Shown here: one piece after another, positions 43,558-64,000 of the stretch
How positions within the stretch are numbered: position 1 is the stretch's first letter
Layout: the number at the start of each line of letters is the position of its first letter
Source: Macrostomum lignano
Lineage: Eukaryota
Length of the DNA stretch: 64,000 nt
NCBI GenBank assembly: GCA_002269645.1
Contig: NIVC01000422.1
Coordinates: 372,001-436,000 of the forward strand
Direction: 5' to 3'
Translations under genes and position numbers: made by a program
The notes under the pieces: model-generated
The model's database searches: none
The model's input: the letters and a program-made list of their open reading frames with translations, nothing else
What the model was told of the DNA's origin: nothing

Positions 43558-44183
43558 TCACGCAGCAATCTGCAGCTCGCAGGCGTAGTCTTGTTGAGCA
43601 ATTTCGTACCTGTAAATCATTGGTTCGCCTTGCCCAGGACCGCAGTAGGTGGTCGCCTCGTCCGACACTCGCTTCACCTGCCTGAGCACAAGAACCTGAC
43701 GGCTGCGCTGTACACAGCGTGTGTTGCTGGCGCTGATAAACTTTGTCCTACCGTCCGGGCAGAGGCACCGGGTCTGCGCAACCAGAGCCGGCTCTCGGGT
43801 CATTTCCAAGTCGTCCAACAGCTGCACAGTGGGACAGATGGCGTCACTTTGAACGCCGCGGACAGACTGCAGGCTCTCAGGCGCGTCGCTGCATAGTTTC
43901 TGAGCAGCTGGCCTGATTTCGTTAACAAGCCGCTGGATTTCCGTCTGAGCTTTGGCAGCTTGGCTGGCATTGTAGCAGAGCACCACGCTGTCGCTGCCGT
44001 CAGGAAGTGGAAAGGCGCTGCTGATCTCGCAGGGAAGCAAAACCAGCAGCGGTAGGATGAGCCAGCATAGCGGTACCGCTGAAATTCACAGTTAGATCAC
44101 AGTTAGATCACAGTTAGATAACTCAACTTTATATATGAACTCTGTGTACTGCATTTTCTTTACTTACCTTTATAAGTGTTCAT
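43558..44183 (-). CDS. Secreted cystine-knot cytokine, IL-17-like (IL-17/PTTH/trunk superfamily), 178 aa; complement(join(43558..44078,44168..44183))
   Basis: ATG AAC ACT TAT AAA G|gtaagt and tttcag|CG give the signal peptide MNTYKAVPLCWLILPLLVLLPCEISSA. The pattern ICP...D....REPALVAQTRCLC...C....QVLVLRQ...YRYE....YAC follows the IL-17 layout. Confidence 0.65.
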
Positions 44184-44695
44184 AGTTGTGCACAGGCGTA
44201 CTGACGAATAGGTGCCTGATTTAATTTGAAAGACTGCTGCTTGATTTATATAGTTTTCTTCTGCAATCCAAGGCTTTCTCGCGGTGATTCCTTCAGCATT
44301 TGCTCTTATCTGGGACACGAAAATAGATAGACGAACGACTCAAATTATTTGGTTTTGACAAAAATAGCTCAAACGAATAACACTGGGGTGGTGCAGGGCA
44401 GCGATTAACCAAGTAACATGTACAGTTATGATTCATAAATTTGCATTCAAATAAAATACCGTGTCAAATATAGTGATTGCATAAAAATTGACTTGGTTAT
44501 TAATAAACTAACAGGATGATCGTCACGACTGAGTCAGTCGGTGTAGTCATGAACGCATTAAAAGATCGCAATTTTGTTTATTAAACTGCCGCCTTGTAAA
44601 AAACTTTGAAGCGGCGCAAATGATATTATGATATCTAAAATTAAAATAACTATATCTACAGAAAAAAATATTTATCCATAATATATTTCTGCTTA

Positions 44696-44718
44696 ACAAC
44701 AATAACAACAATAACATT

Positions 44719-44753
<35 letters not shown>

Positions 44754-45420
44754 AGTACTTCACCCGCGCAGTGGCTAGAAAGAGTGGAGAAGTCAGAGAG
44801 CGCCTCTCTGGACCAAAGCCCTAAAAAATTCACACCCCCGGCTTGGTCCCGGGCGCCAGCATCGGTCAAAAACCTGTCAGGGTATCTCGCTCGCGCGAAC
44901 CCTGCAGCTTGAGCAGCAGCACCTCGTGCAGCGGCGAAGCGTCCAGCTGCCTCTCCAAAGCGTCCGTCAGGGTCCATGTCTCGGCGTTGTACAACAAGAC
45001 AGTCTCAACGATTGCCTGAAACAGCCGACAGAAGCGCACAGAACGAAAAACGGCCCAAGTCAGTCCTCGTCGTCTCACCAGGTCGTCGGCAACGTCCGGC
45101 ACACGAACATCGAGGTACAGGAACCGCTGGCAACGGGTAAGCATGATTGCATACCCGGCAGCGTCTCGGTAGTTGATCTCGGCAGGCAGGTCGGAGGGCA
45201 CCGTGAAGACTACCGTCTTCCGCGCGTTCAGCATGAGACCGATTTGCTGACTTCAGCATAAAGGCGCTGAGCGCCTTCAGCCGACGATGACAGCAGCGCG
45301 AGGTCGTCCGCGTAGCCGAGAACGGAGAGCCGCTTCTCCGGGTGCCGCCGACTCGGGCGTCTTCTCAGCATGAAGCCGTCATCAGCACCCAATCCAGTTC
45401 CAGCACAAACAGGAAAGGCG
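44696..45420 (-). mobile_element. 5'-truncated, frameshifted RTE-like non-LTR retrotransposon fragment with a (GTT)n 3' tail
   Basis: Minus-strand translations: PFLFVLELDWVL, LGYADDLALLS (RT catalytic motif), GLMLNARKT and VETVLLYNAETWTL. A frameshift and apparent internal deletions are present. (AAC)n tail on + at ~44696-44755. Confidence 0.85.
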
Positions 45421-45459
45421 CGAATTTTTGTTGGTGAGTTCGTTAGTTGAGCTTATTAT

Positions 45460-45740
45460 TGAATCCGTTCATGAGTGAGTTCATGAGTGAGTTCATGAGT
45501 GAGTTCATGAGTAAGTTCATGAGTGATTTCATGAGTGAGTTCATGAGTGATTTCATGAATGAGTTCATGAGTGAGTTCATGAGTGAGTTCATGAGTGATT
45601 TCATGAATGAGATCATGAGTAAAATTCATGAGTGAGTTTATGAGTAAATTAATGAGTGAAGTTATGAGTGAGTTCATGAGTGAGTTCATGAGTGAGTTCA
45701 TGAGTCAGTTCATGAGTGAGTTCATGAGTGAGATCGTGAG
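45460..45740 (-). repeat. 12-bp TCATGA minisatellite, same family as 30645-31350, inverted
   Basis: gagttcatgagt is the reverse complement of actcatgaactc. Confidence 0.9.
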
Positions 45741-46554
45741 TTGATTAGCAGCTTGGTGAGTAGCTTTACTCGTACTGACATGGCTACTCAAAGTTCGGTT
45801 CCATGTTATCCAAATTAATGCATTTTTGGATAGCAACCCTGATTTGGGCAGCAACCCTGTCTCAGCTACTGTGTTTCACTATAACAATTTTAATTGTACT
45901 TTACAGACACGGCCGAAAACTATGCATACAAATACAGAAGACGACTGGAGTTAATTTTTATCAGTATCTCAGCAACAAGGTACATATGTTTAAATGTCAG
46001 ATTAGAAATTTTCACGAGACCTAAGTTACATATTGGTTGCTTAGCGCTCACGTGATTTCGTAGATGAGAACATGTTTTATGTCATGCGAGTACGATGCTG
46101 TATGTAATATTCAATTTTTTCAGTAAAATGTTGTTTTTCTCTTGTTAAATACAGTAAGCTGTGAAAAGCTGTACTTTTCATAATTTAGTTGGTTAAGCTC
46201 TGACCATGCAAATTTATAAATTTATGCGACAGTTGAGCCTTCAGAATCGGTTTCCATCATGAGAAATAAATGATCTCCTCCTTCCCACCGGTATCTATGA
46301 GGTCCAGTTAGAAATTAAGCACTGTCTGTCTGTCTCTGTGCTCTGTCTGTCACTACTAATACTGACTACTTATGTTTCCTACAAATATGTGTTTAAAAGC
46401 CTACTATCCTGAGCGGGTTAAGTAGTGAAGAGCAGTTTTTAAAGTCTGTTATTCAATCCTCATAATAAACTTCAAAACTGTTGCCCTGCAAATAAAATTA
46501 AAATAAAACTGACAAATACTTGTAGCGTAAAATTATGAGGTGGATTAATGGTAA

Positions 46555-47405
<851 letters not shown>

Positions 47406-48170
47406 CCACTAATAATTTTCTCAAATATCTGTGACGTGAGAATACCATCTGGTAGAAATATTTACAGGCAGACCCAAAGTCGCCCAGAACTTTAAGTGCC
47501 GAACGTCTTTAAAAATAGCCTGAATCTTCTACCAAGCTTTTTTTGAGGCCTATTCCAACTTGAGTAGCTCTATGTTTGTTGGACAAATACACAGCTAAGT
47601 GTGCAGTACGACTCGGGTAATATATATCCCCCTCCCCAGGTGAGCCGTCACACCGCTAAGATTGCTTCTTTCAGAAACCGCGTCGCTGACCTCTCCCTCC
47701 CCCCCCTATCAGCCCTCCGCTCCGCTATCTGCAGACCCGCCTACAGTTTTTAATTAGCGAGTGGGCCTTGAAGTCCAACTAGCAGTTTTTTACCTGTGTG
47801 TGAAAGAGGAGAGAGAGAGGGAATGAATCGACAACACACAGCGATTGAGACAAATGCTAAAAAATAAGGATTTGTTCTCGAGCAAGTGGCCTGTCTCTTT
47901 TGACTCAAAAGCACCTCTGATTTTTCGCTAAGTGTTGCTTCAGAAGTTGCGCACTGCGCACAATACACTGTACTGAATTACCAGCGCTGCAATTCAGACA
48001 CCTGTCTAATCTGCCTAATCTGAGGTCCGCTTCAATTTCTTATTTGCTCACAGCAGTCACTACAACTCGTAATGGACGCTTTGCTAGCTCCACCAGACGG
48101 CAGTGCTGACCTGAACACTGACGGCTCTACCGCGGCTGACCACTTCTCTGCTCTGGTGGTAAGACTCTGG

Positions 48171-49835
<1,665 letters not shown>

Positions 49836-50359
49836 ATTTAGGATCTCCTGTTCTGCAGTAAGTAGCGGATGCATCGCCCACTACAAGATGAAAGCTAAGA
49901 GCAGTTTGGCCAAACGGAAGTGCATTAAATATTTGCTAAGTCATATTCCACTCCTAGGGAAGCTGGCTAGAGATGAGGGATCATTATTTGTGCCGAGAGG
50001 CCACACAGGGCAAAGCTAGCGGGGCTATTCTTGAGCTCAGCAATCAGGATCAATTAGATGCCTGTTTGATGGCGGTCAGGCAGTCAGAGATGACTAAGAG
50101 AGGCACATTTCGTATATTTGTAAGTTTCCGCAATACGGACCTTATTTTCGCCAGATTAATGATTAATGAGCTGACAGCTTTGCGGCAGATTAAGTCAATA
50201 ATCAGCTTGAATCTTTATTGGCTTGTCTTGTCTTTGCGGTGGGAGTATAAAGCAAAAACGCAATATATTGAGTAGAATTTCTAGTATTACCGAAATTTAT
50301 AATTATTTTAGCTTTAGTAAACATAATGCATTTGGTGCTGGAATGTATCTTTTGTTCCT

Positions 50360-51065
50360 AGATCGGAAATCCCCAAATCTTCAGAGATCCCAAATCCTCA
50401 GAAATCCCAAATCCTCAGAGATCCCAAATCCTCAGAGATCCCAAATCTTCAGAGATCCCAAATCCTCAGAGATCCCAAATCCTCAGAGATCCCAAATCTT
50501 CAGAGATCCCAAATCTTCAGATATCCCAAATCCTCAGAGATCCCAAATCCTCAGATATCCCAAATCCTCAGATATCCCAAATCCTCAGAGATCCCAAATC
50601 CTCAGAGATCCCAAATCTTCAGAGATCCCAAATCTTCAGATATCCCAAATCCTCAGATATCCCAAATCCTCAGAGATCCCAAATCCTCAGAGATCCGAAA
50701 TTCTCAGAGATCCCAAATCCTCAGAGATCCCAAATCCTCAGATATCCCAAATCCTCAGAGATCCCAAATTCTCAGAGATCCCAAATTCTCAGAGATACTT
50801 AATTCCCGGATATCTCTAAATCCTCAGAGATTCCAAATCCTCAGAGATCCCAAATCTTCAGAGATCCCAAATCCTCAGAAATACCAAATCCTCAGATATC
50901 CCAAATCCTCAGAGATCCCAAATCCTCAGAGATCCCAAATCCTCAGAGATCCCAAATCCTCAGAGATCCCAAATCCTCAGAGATCCCAAATCCTCAGAGA
51001 TCCCAAATCCTTAGAGATCCTAAATTCCCAAGGATCCCGAAATTCCCAGAGATCCCAAATATTCC
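50360..51065 (+). repeat. 17-bp minisatellite (cccaaatcctcagagat) just upstream of the NK2 gene
   Basis: Seen directly. Confidence 0.95.
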
Positions 51066-51304
51066 CGAAAACTATCAGACGAAAAATTTCATAACTGATA
51101 ATTATTATAATCTACGTCAATCATAGCTCATGGAAGAAATATTTCCCGTAAACGCTTTCAAACCCAAAGGACGAAGCGGGCGGATTCACCTCAGCTGCGT
51201 CAACCAGCGTGCTATCCGAGCATCACATTTTGTTAAAACGCGATCCAAGAAGTTCCGGCTTTGGCTGCGTTGATTTCTATGAAGACAGCGGCAACAGCGA
51301 CGCC

Positions 51305-51327
51305 ATGGCAGTCAGGAATTCGCCGTC

Positions 51328-51369
<42 letters not shown>

Positions 51370-54300
51370 CGGTGGCAGCGCATCATTTTCGATGCGCAAC
51401 ATCCTTGCAGAGACTGCAACCACTTCTACCTCGGATTCAAATGAATTTCAAAGCCGGCGGATGCACAGTCAGTTGCAGGGACACCTGTATCTGAGGCCAG
51501 GTAACTCCGAGATTGGGTGTTGAAACCTGAGGATCGAAAGTCGACAGTACATGTATGGCTTTAAGACTGGGATCATTAGACCGTAGGATCTTTGGACAGT
51601 GGGATCTTTGGACTGTGCATTTTTGGACAGTGGATCTTTGGACTGTGGGATCTTTGGACTGTGGGATCTTTGGACTGTGGGATCTTTGGACTGTGGGATT
51701 TTTGGACTGTGGGATCTTTGGACTGTGGGATCTTTGGACTGTGGGATCTTTGGACTGTGGGATCTTTGGACTGTGGGATCTTTGGACTGTGGGATCTTTG
51801 GACTGTGGGATCTTTGGACTGTGGGATCTTTGAAGTGTGGGATCTTTGGACTGTGGGATCTTTGGACTGTAGGATTTTGGACTGTGGGATCTTTGAGCTG
51901 TAGGATTTTTGACTGTAGGATTTTGGATTGTGGGATCTTTGGACTGTAGGATTTTGGACTGTCGGATCTTTGGACTGTAGGATCTTTGGACTGTGGGATC
52001 TTTGGACTGTGGGATCTTTGGAGTATCTGATTTGCAAGCTTCAAAAACTTGCAACCATTTACAACTTCAATCTTCAACAGCTCCAGACGAAGCCTCTTTT
52101 GTCTATCAGCAGCACCAGCAGCCTCAAACGGCAGTCATGCAGCAGCAGCACCAGTACGAGCGGTATGCTTACCAGCATCAGCTGGAACAACCACAGTACT
52201 CAAGCCAGCATCATCAGCATCAGCTACTCCGCCATCAGTCTTTGCAAGACTACACACCCACTTGGAACTCATTTCGACCTCGAATCCAGCAGTATCATCA
52301 GCCGTCGACATCTCGTCAGCATCCTAGTCTGAATTCCAGAAGCTGCCGTCAGCAGATCAATTCGTCTTCAGATTCTCCTGACACCTCCGTCGCTGCCGCA
52401 GCTGTCTTGATCGCCGCTTCCGATGAAGCCGAAGATGAAGAACTGGGCGAGGACCAGCACGCGGCAGTGGACATTGACTCCGCCGCCGGTGTCAGCGACA
52501 GCGCTGAGGCGAGCGGATCGAGGAAACGGAAGCGGCGGGTGCTGTTCACGAAGCAGCAGACCTACGAGCTGGAGCGGCGATTCCGTCAGCAGAGGTACCT
52601 GTCGGCACCCGAGAGGGAGAGCCTGGCCAGGTGCATCAACTTGTCAGCGACTCAGGTGAGACCTCCTACTGACTGTTGGCTGTGAATGTTCCACGAGATG
52701 TCCTCATTTACCAATCTGTTCTGAGAGATGTCCTCATTCACCAATCTGCTCTGAGAGATGTCCTCATTCACCAATCTGTTCCAAGACTTGTCCTCATTTA
52801 CCAATCTGTTCCAAGACTTGTCCTCATTTACCAATCTGTTCCAAGACTTGTCCTCATTTACCAATCTGTTCCAAGACTTGTCCTGATTTACCAATCTGTT
52901 CTGAGATATGTCCTCATTCACCGATCTGTTCTGAGAGATTTTTATAATTCACCAATATGTTCTGAGAGATGTCCTCATTCACCAATCTGTTCTGAAATAT
53001 GTTCTCATTCACCAATCTGCTATGAGAGATGTCCTCATTCACCAATCTGTTTTGAGAGATGTTCTCATTCACCAATCTGTTTTGAGAGATGTTCTCATTC
53101 ACCAATCTGTTCTGAGAGGTTTTTTCTAATTCACCAATATGTTCTGAGAGATTTCCTCATTCACCAATCTGTTCTGAGAGATTTTTATAATTCACCAATA
53201 TGTTCTGAGAGATGTCCTCATTCACCAATCTGTTCTGAGATATGTTCTCATTCACCAATCTGCTCTGAGAGATGTCCTCATTCACCAATATGTTCTGAGA
53301 GATGTCCTCATTCACCAATCTGTTCTGAGAGATTTTTCTAATTCACCAATCTGTTCTGAGAGATATCCTCATTCACCAATATGTTCTGAGAGATTTTTCT
53401 AATTTACCAATCTGCTCTGAGAGATGTCGTCATTCACCAATATGTTCTGAGAGATGTCCTCATTCACCAATATGTTCTGAGACATGTCCTCATTCACCAA
53501 TCTGTTCTGAGAGACTTTTCTATTTTACCAATATGTTCTGAGAGATGTTCTCATTCACCAATATGTTCTGAGAGATGTTCTCATTCACCAATATGTTCTG
53601 AGAGCTGTCCTCATTCACCAATATGTTCTGAGACATGTACTCATTCACCAATATGTTCTGAGACATGTCCTCATTCACCAATATGGTCTGAGAGATATCC
53701 TCATTCACCAATATGTTCTGAGAATATGTCCTCATTCACCAATATGTTCTGAGACATGTCCTCATTCACCAATATGGTCTGAGAGATATCCTCATTCACC
53801 AATATGTTCTGAGAGATGTCCTCATTCACCTATCTGTTCTGAGAGATGTCCTAATTCACTTATCTGTTCTGAGAGATTTTTATAATTCACCAATATGTTC
53901 TGAGAGATGTCCTCAAGTAGCTATCTGTTCTGAGATATGTCCTTATTCACCGAGCTGTTCAGAGAGACTGTGAGATCCCGCCCGCTCGCCCGCCAGGTGA
54001 AGATCTGGTTCCAGAATCATCGCTACAAGATGAAGCGCGCCCAAGCTGAGAAAGGCCAGCAGCCGGAGCCGCTAGCGCCAGTCATGAAACGAGCGGCAGC
54101 CTCTGCTGCGGTGGCCGGCATGATGGCTTCTGACATGAAGCAGCAGCAGCAGCAGCAGCAGCCGCAGCATCAGTACCAGCACTATCATCTGCCACTACCA
54201 GCCGCTGTTGTATCGACACCTGTAGCGACTCCCAGCATCCATCATCAGCCTCATCAGTATCAGCAAAATTTTCAACAATTTTATCAACAGCCACAGCAGC

Positions 54301-54419
54301 CACAGCAGCAGCAGCAGCAGCAGTCGCATCTCGATAGTTATGCTACAGGATTTAGCGATAGTCCTTACGGAGCTTTTGTCCAGCCTCCGCATTATCATCA
54401 TCATATTCCGCGATTATAA
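51305..54419 (+). CDS. NKX2-2: NK2-class homeobox transcription factor, Nkx2.2/vnd type, ~397 aa; join(51305..51500,52081..52655,53997..54419)
   Basis: TN/eh1 motif FSMRNIL. Homeodomain [45 protein letters not shown]|[14 protein letters not shown] has the NK2-specific Tyr54. Phases are consistent (1194 nt). Confidence 0.9.
51575..52022 (+). repeat. 16-bp minisatellite (gactgtgggatctttg) in NK2 intron 1
   Basis: Seen directly. Confidence 0.95.
52685..53970 (+). repeat. 30-bp minisatellite (ctcattcaccaatctgttctgagagatgtc) in NK2 intron 2, inside the homeobox
   Basis: Seen directly. Confidence 0.95.
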
Positions 54420-54714
54420 CAATTCCGCGAACTGTGTACTGCTTTCTCAACACAGTGCTTGATTTGCGTCGGTACTTAATTTTTATTTCGGTATACTTTT
54501 TTTTGCTCGAACAAACTAGTTAAAAATCGCTGATATACACAAAGTGATATTTCACTTCGAGACTTGAATTCCAAATAGAGTTGATATGAACACAAGTGGT
54601 TTAAAGTTTTGCAATAATTATTCCAACACGGAAATATTGATTTTAACTGATTTGGTTTGACTAATGGTCAAGAGTTTCGTGCGGGACGGAATTCAATAAT
54701 ATAAAAAGCTCTGA

Positions 54715-55185
54715 CCAAGAGACAGAGCGCCCACCAAGAAACAGGAGGCGCCCACCAAGAGACAGCGCCCACCAAGAGACTAGAGGCGCCCACCAAGAGA
54801 CAGGAAGCGCCCACCAAGAGACAGAGCGCCCACCAAGAGACAGGGACGCCCACCAAGAGACAGGGGTGCCCACCAAGAGACAGCTAGGGGCGTCCACCAA
54901 GAGACAGGGGCGTCCACCAAGAGACAGGGGCGTCCACCAAGAGACAGGGGCGCCCACCAAGAGACAGGGGCACCCACCAAGAGACAGGGGCACCCACCAA
55001 GAGACAGGGGCACCCACCAAGAGACAGGGGCGTCCACCAAGAGACAGGGGCGCCCACCAAGAGACAGGGGCACCCACCAAGAGACAGGGGCACCCACCAA
55101 GAGACAGGGGCGCCCACCAAGAGACAGGGGCGTCCACCAAGAGACAGGGGCGCCCACCAAGAGACACCAAATATTGGCGCCCGTT
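54715..55185 (+). repeat. 20-bp minisatellite (ccaccaagagacaggggcgc) ending in accaaatattggcgccc
   Basis: Seen directly; same family as 27915-28400. Confidence 0.93.
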
Positions 55186-56186
55186 AGAACTAATTAACAT
55201 TCCTGAGTAGGTCAGGTTCTTGAAATTTTTTATTTAATTTTTACGGCTGATAGTTAGCAACCCATGCAGTCTTTCAAACAAATTCTGCCAGCTAGAGAAA
55301 TGCAAAAAAAACAAGCAAAGCTTATGTTATTCGGAAATGGCAATTCTTGGAAAAATAATTATTTCAAAAACGCATTTAAGCTATTTATTTTCTGTGACAA
55401 GCAGAGAGACAAGCCGATCGGAGAAGGCAACAAAGATATCAACTGTTCTGAAAAATTGCAAACCAATTTCGCCAAAATCTTGAAGAAAGAGAGCTAAGGT
55501 CCAAGCCATGCTACTATTAGTATAAAAAATCATGCAAAATAATTTAGTTACAGCAAAGAGAGTGGATGAACACAAAAATGAAAGTCAATCTTTATATACA
55601 ATCTAAACGTGAGCAAGTTTTCCAATAGTGGCTGAGGTTTTGATGAGGCGGCACATGCTCGCAAGGAAAGATCGCACAGGAAAAAAGCAAAATTAAAAGC
55701 AGAAAAATAGCGGCTCCAAGAGAGACAACTTAGGCACTTTTTTAAGCAACTCATTTTAAAATATACAATTGCACTCTAAAAAATAAACTCTGGATTAATC
55801 TTAAGGCCCTAAATATAATTTTTCGGTACTATAATCATTAATATATTTCTACCAAAGCAGTTTCCCAATCCCAAAAGTTATAGATACTACGACATTAAAG
55901 ACGCAAAAATATTTCCATTTCTGCCCTAAAATCTAAACGGAAAGACCAAATTAAACTTACTTAAACAGTAGGAGCTATGAGGCAGACGGCACATCAAAGA
56001 AAAGAAAACAACTATTCATATTTTCTTATTTTCCCAGAAAAAATAAAACAAAATTTATATGGGATAATTTTAACAAAAATAAATCTTGATCTAATAAATA
56101 TTGCGATCCCAAATATACGAAGTAAAAACATGCAACCATTATTTGCATAGTTAAACAAAATCAATTTGAAATGTAAAACTGAATTG

Positions 56187-64000
<7,814 letters not shown>

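Noticed and set aside
50360-52022. 17-bp and 16-bp arrays flanking NK2 exon 1 as an inverted pair
   Set aside because: They share only a short AGATCCCA core and have different periods, so homology is not supportable.

Overview
This is eukaryotic (metazoan) genomic DNA, not a prokaryotic accessory region. GC-rich exons, polyQ tracts and introns packed with tandem repeats suggest a flatworm such as Macrostomum (inference, not verified). Reading GT-AG boundaries by hand gives these genes: a DUF1295 steroid-reductase-like gene (+), intronless Derlin-1 (+), NudE/NDE1-NDEL1 (+), a DYRK2/3-type kinase (-), a frameshifted PAN/F-type lectin gene (+), a PFTAIRE kinase CDK14 (-), a small 2-TM orphan (-), a secreted IL-17-like cystine-knot protein (-), an Nkx2.2/vnd-type homeobox gene (+) and a DYRK4-type kinase running off the right edge (-). 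Most long ORFs in the supplied track are artefacts of mini/microsatellites. Mobile DNA includes a 345-bp MITE with ~120-bp TIRs and an exact 8-bp TSD, a decayed RTE-like LINE fragment, a CORE-SINE-like fragment and a possible LTR relic. The most notable architecture: almost every long intron carries its own distinct satellite, and some arrays form inverted complementary pairs around an exon or a whole gene. No CRISPR array, rRNA or intact tRNA is supported.
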